Positions 1-8,626 of a stretch of 64,000 nucleotides of DNA are shown piece after piece. A program made the translations under genes and the position numbers. Position 1 is the stretch's first letter. The number at the start of each line of letters is the position of its first letter. The notes under the pieces were generated by a model that searched no databases, was not told the origin of the DNA, and saw nothing but the letters and a program-made list of their open reading frames with translations. The stretch comes from an uncultured Clostridia bacterium (GTDB lineage: Bacteria > Bacillota > Clostridia > Christensenellales > CAG-138), in contig CAMPAN010000002.1 in assembly GCA_946631895.1 (NCBI GenBank), positions 14,946 through 78,945 on the forward strand, in the 5' to 3' direction.

Positions 1-1
1 A

Positions 2-985
2 TACTCAGATGATGAACTCTATGAGATTTTCCTGCGTAAAGCCAACGAATACGCAAAAACGGGAAAACGCATTCATCTTGCATTTTCGGACGAATTCGCG
101 CAATCATTGAAACACGGCTTCTCTGTTTTGCGGTTAAGGAAGGCAGACTCCTTCGGAAACGCCGGCGAAATCGAAGACTTATTAACCAAGTGCAGCTTGA
201 ACGCAGCCAAAAGGCTTGGCATGGATCTGGAGCGCGAATCGACAATCACGCTTGAGGCGTCTGATATTCCCGAGGAACTGCAAGGCAATACTAAGGATGA
301 CGAGGGGTTCCGTCCAACATACCGCCTGATCGACAGAGACGAGATCGAAAATGCAACCGATCCCTATTTGGGTATTGATATACATGGAGAAGATTTCGCC
401 GCTTTTTGCATCCAATCCATTCCTCGTATCGAAAACAAGTTTGGCCATGCTTCTGCATTTGTGATTTCACCGAAAGGGTATGCTGTTACATGTGCTCATG
501 CTGTAACATCAAAGGAAGACTTTAGACATGTTGCTGCAACAGATCTGATAGCCCGATTCACACACGCGGACGGAAGCAAAGAAAAATATCCCTATGAGAT
601 CATAAATATCAGGTCGGATGTGGATATGGCCTTGATTCGTATAAAAGCCGATCATGATCTTCCTTACCTGAAGCTTGCACCGGAGAGCCGACAGATCAAA
701 TTCGGTGAGGACTGTCATCTGTGCGGTTATCCGGACGGCAGAGAAGGCATCCTTCTACAGAAAGGATCAATCAATTCTCTTCCGGAAGAAGGCAAGGACG
801 GCGAGCTTGGTAGTATATATTTCTTCGACGGCGATGCTTTCCCCGGTGATTCGGGCGGTCCCATCATTGCCAAAAGCGACGGCTGTGTAATCGGCATTCT
901 ACGAGGTGCAAGAGGACCGAAGGATGGATCAATGCACAACTACATGAAACCGATCTGCTATTTCTGGAAAGAATTTCTGATATAG
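2..985 (+). CDS. 5'-truncated AAA+ (SpoVK/CbbX-type lid) :: trypsin-like serine protease fusion
   Basis: The frame of the listed 107..985 ORF (whose first codon is TTG) stays open to the window edge. From nt 2 it reads YSDDELYEIFLRKANEYAKTGK...FGNAGEIEDLL, like the C-terminal lid of SpoVK/CbbX AAA+ ATPases (compare YSTEELQRI...FGNGRFVRTL in the 34080..36089 protein). The C-terminal half has a chymotrypsin-fold triad: TCAHAV (His), DMALIRI (Asp) and GDSGGPI (Ser, nt 846-863). Confidence 0.7.
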   Translation, partial: YSDDELYEIFLRKANEYAKTGKRIHLAFSDEFAQSLKHGFSVLRLRKADSFGNAGEIEDLLTKCSLNAAKRLGMDLERESTITLEASDIPEELQGNTKDDEGFRPTYRLIDRDEIENATDPYLGIDIHGEDFAAFCIQSIPRIENKFGHASAFVISPKGYAVTCAHAVTSKEDFRHVAATDLIARFTHADGSKEKYPYEIINIRSDVDMALIRIKADHDLPYLKLAPESRQIKFGEDCHLCGYPDGREGILLQKGSINSLPEEGKDGELGSIYFFDGDAFPGDSGGPIIAKSDGCVIGILRGARGPKDGSMHNYMKPICYFWKEFLI

Positions 986-1047
986 TATCCGACAAATCCA
1001 TATCGTTGACGTTCTTTGTATGATAAGAAAATAACAGGAGATCAAAT

Positions 1048-1710
1048 ATGTCAGGGAAAGATTATGAGCTCGAACGGCTGCGTAGCGAAATGGACTCTGC
1101 TCAAAGGGACATTGACGCTGCGAAAGCACGGCTTGACCCAATCGTCGCAAGGAGGGACAGTATCAAAAGCCAAATCGAATCCGTGAAGTATCGAATCAGC
1201 GATATTAAACATTCAATCGAAGAAGAGTACCGTATGATGAAGATTTGTTATCAAAGCCGTGATAAATATGATGCGGAAAACCATCGCTATAGAGCGCAAT
1301 CATTCAAAGATAGCCTGCAACGCGAGTATGATATTAAAAAAGGCTATTACGATGAATTGGATCGCTTGAAAAGCGATTTCGATTCAGCCTTAACCGGACT
1401 GCGTTCTGCAAAAGAACGGAAACAACGCGCTCATGAAGCTTTCAGCGCTCGGTTGCAAATGGTAAAAAGTCAGAACGAAAGTGAGCGTGCAAAATGGAAA
1501 GAAAAGTCTTGCAAGATTTGCGGCACAACGATTCGTTATCATGTTGATTGGAGCAGAGTCCCTGATCTATGTAAATCATGTCAGGAAAAGGAAAAAGCCA
1601 AATGGCATGAGACCACCTGCAAAAAATGCGGCAGAACGATTCGTTATCATCAGGACTGGTCGCACATCCCATCAATCTGTAAAGATTGCAAAACAACCAA
1701 CAACCGATGA
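1048..1710 (+). CDS. Coiled-coil protein with two C-terminal zinc-ribbon repeats
   Basis: AGGAG RBS upstream. About 150 aa are charged and heptad-rich. These are followed by two tandem copies of CK(I/K)CG(T/R)TIRYH.DWS..P..CK.C (CxxC...CxxC). Confidence 0.7.
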   Translation: MSGKDYELERLRSEMDSAQRDIDAAKARLDPIVARRDSIKSQIESVKYRISDIKHSIEEEYRMMKICYQSRDKYDAENHRYRAQSFKDSLQREYDIKKGYYDELDRLKSDFDSALTGLRSAKERKQRAHEAFSARLQMVKSQNESERAKWKEKSCKICGTTIRYHVDWSRVPDLCKSCQEKEKAKWHETTCKKCGRTIRYHQDWSHIPSICKDCKTTNNR

Positions 1711-1725
1711 ACAGGAGGCATTCTA

Positions 1726-3096
1726 ATGAGCAGTTATGTTTCTACAGTCACCATTAACGATAAGGAATGGATGGAAATCCAGCGTAAGGTCAGCGATACT
1801 GAGATTTATCTGACTCGCAAACGTGAAGAAACTCTTCGGCTGCGTGACGAGATTCAAAGGCGTGAACGAGAGCTCAGGGAAATGCAGGAGCAGTCTAAAA
1901 GGACGGTGGATAGTGAAATTACCATGCTGCAAGGTAGTTTTGACAAATCCGTTCACGATCTTCCTGCAACGATACGAGTGTCTTTGCGTCAACAAGCACA
2001 GGCTACCGACGGTGAGCTTGCCGCATTGAAGAATGATATACGGGCTACCGCGGCAAAAACATCTATCGCTTCTGCGCGTATATCGAAGATCTCTCAAGGA
2101 GTAGCAGATATCCTCGGTACACTTGTAAAGCAGGAAAAGGACAGTGAAAAAGGCGCAAGAGTGTATTTGGACAATATTACCTCCCTTCTTGAACAGATTG
2201 AACGGCTGCACCCGGATTCCTTTGAACCGCGCGCATATATGGAGGTTATACAGATCGTAAACAGCGCGAAATCAAACATCGACGCGGGAAGATACCAGTC
2301 ATCCCTCATTAACGCACAAGCCGGCTTGCTCAAAGCGTCAGCTCTCCTGACCTGCCTTATTCTTGCAAATGCGTCGTTCAATGAAAGCATTTCCGGTACC
2401 GCTGAACTTGCAGATTCTTTGAAAGCAAGATTTGATCGGTTCGATTCCCGCATGGACGGCAGCATCGCATTTGAAATTGATGGCGAAAAATATGAGTTTG
2501 ACTATGACATCGACCATTGGTCTGAAGGTCGCTTTGCTCAATTGAGAAAGGCGTTTCAAACTGCATACGAACAGCTTCAAAATGCAAAGGAAAAACGTAT
2601 TTCTGCGGACAAAATCGACGCTTTGAAGAAAACCTTTGAAGAACTTGGAAAACGACTCGACCGTTGCGATGCATCTGCACGCGCTGAAATGCTGGGCAGT
2701 CACAGAGCGCAGGAAACCGCAGCTCGTCTTTGTGACAGAATGCCTGAAGACTGGCAGCTCGACAAGTTCGGTTTTGAAGAAGAGGACGATCGGAATCCAT
2801 ATCGAATGCTCATCTCCACGCCTTCCGGCGCGAAGATACCTATTGTCATTTCGTCGGGTGCTTCTGCGGAAAAGCCAAGCATCTTTCTTGAAGCATACGC
2901 CGGAGACGAAGCTCGTTCAGAGATTCTGAAAAAGAACATTTTAGCGACGATTCCCATGGAAGGATTACGAGTAGAGCAGACGAAACATCTTCCCGATTGT
3001 CAAAGCAATCCTAACGGCAATGCGTTCCTTCAAAATACATTGCCGAAGGCCATGGCATTAAACAAGCAGCGTCGGCAAAAGAGCTTCGGAATGTGA
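1726..3096 (+). CDS. Long coiled-coil protein (paralog of 3116..4552)
   Basis: CAGGAGG RBS. The N-terminal region is E/R/K/Q/L-rich and helical. It shares its N-terminus (TVTINDKEWMEIQRKV vs AVVPITTYNSMKQQADA), a central R(L/K)(H/F)P(D/E)..E motif and a C-terminal R(N/D)P..M block with the next gene. Confidence 0.65.
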   Translation: MSSYVSTVTINDKEWMEIQRKVSDTEIYLTRKREETLRLRDEIQRRERELREMQEQSKRTVDSEITMLQGSFDKSVHDLPATIRVSLRQQAQATDGELAALKNDIRATAAKTSIASARISKISQGVADILGTLVKQEKDSEKGARVYLDNITSLLEQIERLHPDSFEPRAYMEVIQIVNSAKSNIDAGRYQSSLINAQAGLLKASALLTCLILANASFNESISGTAELADSLKARFDRFDSRMDGSIAFEIDGEKYEFDYDIDHWSEGRFAQLRKAFQTAYEQLQNAKEKRISADKIDALKKTFEELGKRLDRCDASARAEMLGSHRAQETAARLCDRMPEDWQLDKFGFEEEDDRNPYRMLISTPSGAKIPIVISSGASAEKPSIFLEAYAGDEARSEILKKNILATIPMEGLRVEQTKHLPDCQSNPNGNAFLQNTLPKAMALNKQRRQKSFGM

Positions 3097-3115
3097 CTTT
3101 ATCATAAGAGGAAAG

Positions 3116-4552
3116 GTGGCGAATTGCTTGGCTGTTGTTCCGATAACTACATACAACTCCATGAAGCAACAAGCGGATGCGTCTTTCGGCAGAATGCGAA
3201 GCGCACAGGAAGAATTGCTTGCGGAAAAGCGCAAGCTGCTTCGGCTTACACAAGAAAGCGGAGGCATGTCAAAAGAAGATCTGCAGGCCATGCAAACGAA
3301 GTTCGATGCTGCAAACGAACAGATTCAAGAAGAACTTGATTCTCTTCGCGAAGAGTTTGGTCGTCAACTCGGAAAGCAGGCGCAAGAGTACAAACGAGCT
3401 CTTACGGAGATCAGAAGCCTCGCTGAGGGAAACAAACACGATCTTGACAGCTTAAATAACAGGATTTCTTCTCTTGAAACGTCAGTCAAATCGCAGTTTG
3501 ACGTGCTTGCCAAGCGGATGCAGAACAATCGAAAGCAGTCCTTGTACTACTATCAGCAACTTAAGGAAACGGTAGATCAAATCGAAAAACTGTTCCCCGA
3601 GAAGTATGAAGTGTTGTTCCCCGATCAATTGCAGCCCGGCAGTTATGTGCTGCGGAGCGCATTGGGTTCGGTGCTGGAGGATATAGGTCTCGGGCGGTAT
3701 GAAGCCGCTATCGGTCTTTCGCAAACCTACCTACCGGAAGCTATCAATACGCTCGGCTTGCTTGAGTTTTTCCATGCCGCTTTTCTCAAGGCTGAAAAGG
3801 ATACAAAAAAAGCACTGTCGGATTTGTTAGCCAGAGTCGAAAAGCTTGAAAAGCCGAAGAAAACAGTCCTCCACATTGGAAAAGACGTCGAGTATGAAGA
3901 TAATCATGGCATCGGATACTGGGCTCGGGAACTGTTCGGAGAAATCAGGCAACGCCTGTCCGATGCGAACGCAAGATTCGATATCTGTGCTGACGCACAT
4001 GATGAGAAGGGTTTGACGCTGATACATCAGGATATAGATGTGCTTAACGGGCAAATATCCGCATGTGAACAAATCGAAGAAAGCGAACGCAGACTGCATT
4101 ATGAATGCTGTGAGCGAGCCGCTCAGGTGATAGACATTCTTGACGCAAACGATGATAACGCATGGTACGTTGAAGAATATCATATCAACGAGGAAGATCT
4201 TCGAGATCCTGTCTATATGACTTTGGCAAGACCGGAAGGATACCGGGTGACGGTTGCCTGTTACCAAGAACGGGGAATAAGCCAAACCGAACCGAGCACT
4301 GTCCGCTGTGAACTTGAAGTGTTCGATAACGGTACCGAAAAGGCGGATGCAGGTCGATGTTGCACTATCTATCGAAACATAGCAACCATTTTAGCAACAC
4401 ACGGTATTGTTCTTGATTCGGAAATTGGAAACGAGACGCAATCCGCAAACAGTAAGTCCTTTATTCGCAACGCCATCGACCACGAAGGTCAAGCACGTAC
4501 CATGTGGTTAAGTGCTGCAAGGAAGGCAATAGGATTATTTGAGGAGGTATAG
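3116..4552 (+). CDS. Long coiled-coil protein (paralog of 1726..3096)
   Basis: GTG start next to GAGGAAAG. N-terminal similarity to the upstream paralog supports this start. Coiled-coil-like composition. The stop lies 2 nt before the Hsp70-like gene. Confidence 0.6.
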   Translation: MANCLAVVPITTYNSMKQQADASFGRMRSAQEELLAEKRKLLRLTQESGGMSKEDLQAMQTKFDAANEQIQEELDSLREEFGRQLGKQAQEYKRALTEIRSLAEGNKHDLDSLNNRISSLETSVKSQFDVLAKRMQNNRKQSLYYYQQLKETVDQIEKLFPEKYEVLFPDQLQPGSYVLRSALGSVLEDIGLGRYEAAIGLSQTYLPEAINTLGLLEFFHAAFLKAEKDTKKALSDLLARVEKLEKPKKTVLHIGKDVEYEDNHGIGYWARELFGEIRQRLSDANARFDICADAHDEKGLTLIHQDIDVLNGQISACEQIEESERRLHYECCERAAQVIDILDANDDNAWYVEEYHINEEDLRDPVYMTLARPEGYRVTVACYQERGISQTEPSTVRCELEVFDNGTEKADAGRCCTIYRNIATILATHGIVLDSEIGNETQSANSKSFIRNAIDHEGQARTMWLSAARKAIGLFEEV

Positions 4553-4554
4553 GT

Positions 4555-6261
4555 ATGGGGGAAAGTATCGGTATTGACTTCGGAACGACATATTCTTCTA
4601 TCACGCATCTTACGAATATTAAAAAAGATTCAAAAGGCAATATAGTATCCAGTGACATTGAAGCGATTAAGATCGGCACTAAAGAAACCTTGGATACTTT
4701 AGTCGTGGACAGTAATGGCGAGAGGTATTTCGGTACTGGTGCAAGACTATGGGCCGATTCAGATCCGGATGCTAAAACGTATAAAGGGTTTAAGATGCTC
4801 TTAACTGAAAAAAGAAAAGAGCTGCTTGATGAATACGGGTATCATACTGGCGAACCCAGTATAATCACGCAAGAGTACTTGAAATATCTAATCAACAGCT
4901 ATAAAAGCAGCACAAGCGGTAAAATCGACATTGACTCTCTCGTAATCGGTGTACCCGAAGTATGGTACAAGACCGGAATTGAAAATAGAAACATGCTTCA
5001 GGAAATGCTTGAAGAGCAAGTTGGTGAAGGGAAAGTCAAACTTGAGAGTGAACCTGTTTTGGCATGCTCGTTCTTTGCATACAAACACAAAGAAAAAACG
5101 GGAAAAGACTTTATTGGCAAGATCCTTTTGATTGATTACGGTGGAGGGACCTTGGATATTGCTTTATGTGACATTCAAAAAGACAAACCGATACAGATCA
5201 AGTATAAAACGGGAGAAGGCGCAAACGAACAAAACAAGCTGGGGGACGCTGGACTGGCCTTTTTAGAAGCAGTTGTCTACCGAGCTATTGATCCTCAAGG
5301 CGTAATGGATCCGCAAGCCATACAGAAGAATGCGGAGTTTTATGCTTTTGAGCATAGAATTGAGAACTTTTTGATTGAAAATGAAGCTGATGTCACAAAG
5401 CGACTAAAGGCGGGAACCAGTATTAAAAGTGAACTCAAAAAACCTCTTTGTCCACCGATTGAGTATAACAAGAAAAGATATGTGGTAACATACGAGATGC
5501 TTGTCAAAGCATATAATGAAACCATCTTTCCGGTATTGGCTAAATGTCTAAACAGGGTTAGTACAGAATTGAAAAATAGGGGAATCGACTATGAAAATCC
5601 CAATTCAGAGAGCTTTCAGATCGCAATGGTAGGAGGTTTTTGCAATTTCTATTTAACCCAAGCGCAGATCATGAAGCAAACAGAAGGATTTAAAGCCGGA
5701 TCTGAAAAAGACAGACGATATGCAGAGTTCAATTCTTTACTATCATACAAAGAGAATCGAAAGCATGCAATCGGTTATGGAGCTGCACTAATGGCAAATG
5801 GTATCTATACATCAGCTTCCGGAGCACCATACTCTTTAGCGATTGTAAGAGAAACAATCGATAAAACGACCGGAAAATCTGTTCCTGATAAGAGAGGGCA
5901 GAAGTATATCGTTTTCAGGGAATATGACGATATCGAATATGACACTCCGCAAATGGTAAAAGGACAAGACTTTGTAAAAGGAAAAGCTTATACATACGAA
6001 CCCTATTTTAGCATTGACAGTATTCCATGGATACAGTATGTATGTGATGGGTTGGGTGGATTCGGGCATCCTGTAGGGTTAGATGATCTTCCCACAAATG
6101 CCGCGATAAAGCTTGGCTTTGCCTTAGATAAAAACTATAATCTTACTTTGTATCTGTTCGTAAAAGGCGAGAGTTCGCCTAGAAAAAGAATTCTATCAAA
6201 GAATATTCAACAGTTATGCGGCGGGAGCATCGAACTTAGAGAGGAGGACGCAACAATATGA
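4555..6261 (+). CDS. Non-canonical Hsp70/actin-fold ATPase
   Basis: GGAGG RBS. All Hsp70 nucleotide-binding-domain signatures are present: IGIDFGTTYS (phosphate-1), VIGVPEVW, EPVLACSFFAY, LLIDYGGGTLDIALC (phosphate-2, aa 191-205), IAMVGGFCNF (adenosine motif) and AIGYGAALMA. I do not recognise the last ~150 aa as a DnaK substrate-binding domain. Confidence 0.85.
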   Translation: MGESIGIDFGTTYSSITHLTNIKKDSKGNIVSSDIEAIKIGTKETLDTLVVDSNGERYFGTGARLWADSDPDAKTYKGFKMLLTEKRKELLDEYGYHTGEPSIITQEYLKYLINSYKSSTSGKIDIDSLVIGVPEVWYKTGIENRNMLQEMLEEQVGEGKVKLESEPVLACSFFAYKHKEKTGKDFIGKILLIDYGGGTLDIALCDIQKDKPIQIKYKTGEGANEQNKLGDAGLAFLEAVVYRAIDPQGVMDPQAIQKNAEFYAFEHRIENFLIENEADVTKRLKAGTSIKSELKKPLCPPIEYNKKRYVVTYEMLVKAYNETIFPVLAKCLNRVSTELKNRGIDYENPNSESFQIAMVGGFCNFYLTQAQIMKQTEGFKAGSEKDRRYAEFNSLLSYKENRKHAIGYGAALMANGIYTSASGAPYSLAIVRETIDKTTGKSVPDKRGQKYIVFREYDDIEYDTPQMVKGQDFVKGKAYTYEPYFSIDSIPWIQYVCDGLGGFGHPVGLDDLPTNAAIKLGFALDKNYNLTLYLFVKGESSPRKRILSKNIQQLCGGSIELREEDATI

Positions 6262-7253
6262 TGAATCAGATGAATACTGGAAACATAAAATTGGAAAGCA
6301 TCAAAAAAGCCATTGCCTTAATTGAGAATACCCCGAAAAGCAGCATTAAAGCAGAAGATGTTTTTGAAGCGACATCCATATTGATTGACGATATTCTTGA
6401 ATATACGGAATCCAATGATGTCAATCAATATGAAATCGGTGATATAGACAGCTATGCACTAAATCTTGCAAAGGTTGCAAATGCTATTAGTTTATCCTTT
6501 GAAACCCATAAAGACGAATTGCCTGATGCAGACCGGTACTATGAAGAGCTTGTTAAGGAAAAGATTGAAGCAATCAGAAGTGCTAACGACATGCTCAAGA
6601 TTCTTCGACCAAAGATTGAAAACCTTACAAACAAGAAAGCCGAATTAAAGGGGCTTCAAGATGAGGTTAGTCAATTCAGAATGGAGATTTCTACACTTGA
6701 GAAAGAAGTAGCTAATCTTGATACAGTTGATGTTGAATCGCTTAGAAAAAGAGTTGCTGAGCTAACAGTAGAAAAAGAGAAGAAAGAAAAGGAAATCAGT
6801 ATCCTATATGATTCCATTGATGAGATCGAGACCGTTATTAACAACACAAAAAAAGGGATCATAACCACTGTTTCTGAAAAAAAGGCACTATTTCAAGACA
6901 AAGAAAGCAGTATCTCTAATGAAGTTCTGGGCTTTTTATCGTGGAAAGACACCTTTATACATGAACACAAAGACCGAATGAAGCAAATGGCGGAAGCACA
7001 AAATCAGTTGACAGCCATCCACAATGCATGGTCATCTGTAAGCCAAAGACCAGAGCTTCCTGAAATGCTGAAAAATACCGAAAAACGGAACGCTTACCAT
7101 CTTCCGGCTATAGAGGTATCAAACTTTGAGGATATCAAAAATTGGTTTGAGGAAACAAATACGGGGCTTCTTTCTTGTATTAGCGTCTATACCGAAATGT
7201 ACACAACGGTAATGACTGTATTGTTGGAGTCATCGAGTAATAAAAAGGAGTAA
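6258..7253 (+). CDS. Coiled-coil protein
   Basis: ATGA overlap with the Hsp70-like gene suggests translational coupling. The central ~130 aa are heptad-rich (KIENLTNKKAELKGLQDEVSQFRMEISTLEKEVANL...). Confidence 0.65.
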   Translation: MMNQMNTGNIKLESIKKAIALIENTPKSSIKAEDVFEATSILIDDILEYTESNDVNQYEIGDIDSYALNLAKVANAISLSFETHKDELPDADRYYEELVKEKIEAIRSANDMLKILRPKIENLTNKKAELKGLQDEVSQFRMEISTLEKEVANLDTVDVESLRKRVAELTVEKEKKEKEISILYDSIDEIETVINNTKKGIITTVSEKKALFQDKESSISNEVLGFLSWKDTFIHEHKDRMKQMAEAQNQLTAIHNAWSSVSQRPELPEMLKNTEKRNAYHLPAIEVSNFEDIKNWFEETNTGLLSCISVYTEMYTTVMTVLLESSSNKKE

Positions 7254-7258
7254 CACTT

Positions 7259-7792
7259 ATGAAATGTGTTTGTTGCCATTCAGAGTTTATAGTGACTGAC
7301 GATGGGCTTATCTGCGACTACTGCGGGTTTGAGAACTTTGGTACACTCAACGAAGCCGGGAAAGAAAGAGAATTGCAACGTGCAGAGAGGCATCGAAAAA
7401 GTATATTAGGGAAACTATCCGGCTTCTCTTTAAAAGCTGATTCCTTTATTTGGAATACAGAAACAAATAATTACAAAAAAACAGGATCAGTTGATTTGTT
7501 TGCTTCTGATTTAAATAAGGTCCAATGTGGTCAGTCGATTATTCGAAGCAACAAATGGATCGCGCATTTTGATGGCGAAACACTCCTGAATGTAAAGTAT
7601 GTCTTTGCCGGAAAAGAAAAGACTATCCCAGTAACAATTTCGCCAAAGCCAAGCGAAGGATGCTGGTATCCTTTCATCCATATAAATGACGATCTGCAAT
7701 TGGAAATCGGTCTGATTGTTGTTCCTGTAGGCGAAGCAAACAAAAGCAGAAAAGAATTGCTGGCCACGGTCGATCTTGATTTTACTGTATGA
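7259..7792 (+). CDS. N-terminal zinc-ribbon protein, unknown C-terminal domain
   Basis: AAGGAG RBS. The N-terminus CVCCHSEF..x9..ICDYCGFEN forms a CxxC...CxxCGF ribbon. The remainder looks beta-rich and has no motif I recognise. Confidence 0.6.
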   Translation: MKCVCCHSEFIVTDDGLICDYCGFENFGTLNEAGKERELQRAERHRKSILGKLSGFSLKADSFIWNTETNNYKKTGSVDLFASDLNKVQCGQSIIRSNKWIAHFDGETLLNVKYVFAGKEKTIPVTISPKPSEGCWYPFIHINDDLQLEIGLIVVPVGEANKSRKELLATVDLDFTV

Positions 7793-7847
7793 CTAAGACC
7801 TGGGGATTTGAGTCATAACACTTAATCCCCTATGGAGACAAAGCGAT

Positions 7848-8600
7848 ATGAAACAGTGTCCAAACTGTCAGGGACTAGAACTGTATGACGATGAGGAAAT
7901 AAGATGCCCTCATTGCGACTCTGTGCTCGTTCCATATGTCCGATCAAGACGAACTTCTTCTTCAGGCAATCCTACGCAAGAGGAGACTGTTCGTCCGACT
8001 ACTCCTCACAGTTCAGCAAGGAGAGCGCAGCAGCCGGAGTTTGAACAGCGAGTTGGCAGAAAACTCCAATACAGAGGTATTGTTGATAGCATCACCCCCT
8101 CTTCTCGCTTCATGCCCCGCTTTCTGAAATGGGCAAATGCGGTTTTTCGCGGTCAACCTTTTCAGTTGGGTAATCCTGTTCACGAGACGACTATACGAAT
8201 TGAAGAAATCAGTCAATCCAGATTGCCCGATAGAATGAGGAGCCTTGTCTATTATGGGGAGTTGAATGAGTTAGATGTCGGAGACGATGTAACAATATCG
8301 GCTTACAGAAAGAATAGCCGTCTGATTATAAAGCGAATCCGAATCAATGACATTGAGTCCGATGTGAAGCCGCACGGTCAGATCTCTGCGGCAGCAATGC
8401 GAATTGTATCTGTGATCGCGTTGTCCTGCATAGTATTCATAATCGCCGCAATCACATCTTTCTTTACATCGGGAGGTATTTGGAAGCTATTTGATTCCCT
8501 TGTGACAGGAACTCTCGGCATAGCATCCAGACTTTTGATTATCCTCGGGCCGATAGGTGCACTCGTTTTAATATACTGGCTGTTTTTTCGCAAAAGATAA
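7848..8600 (+). CDS. N-terminal zinc-ribbon protein with C-terminal transmembrane helices
   Basis: CPNCQG..x12..CPHCDS ribbon followed by a Ser/Pro/Arg-rich linker. There are two hydrophobic stretches near the C-terminus (IVSVIALSCIVFIIAAITSFF and LLIILGPIGALVLIYWLFF). Confidence 0.6.
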   Translation: MKQCPNCQGLELYDDEEIRCPHCDSVLVPYVRSRRTSSSGNPTQEETVRPTTPHSSARRAQQPEFEQRVGRKLQYRGIVDSITPSSRFMPRFLKWANAVFRGQPFQLGNPVHETTIRIEEISQSRLPDRMRSLVYYGELNELDVGDDVTISAYRKNSRLIIKRIRINDIESDVKPHGQISAAAMRIVSVIALSCIVFIIAAITSFFTSGGIWKLFDSLVTGTLGIASRLLIILGPIGALVLIYWLFFRKR

Positions 8601-8626
8601 TCATGGAAGATTGAAGGAGAACCATT

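Noticed and set aside
4555-6261. Housekeeping dnaK.
   Set aside because: There are no flanking grpE, dnaJ or hrcA genes. The sequence is strongly divergent and its C-terminal third is unlike the DnaK substrate-binding domain. It lies in an AT-rich accessory island.
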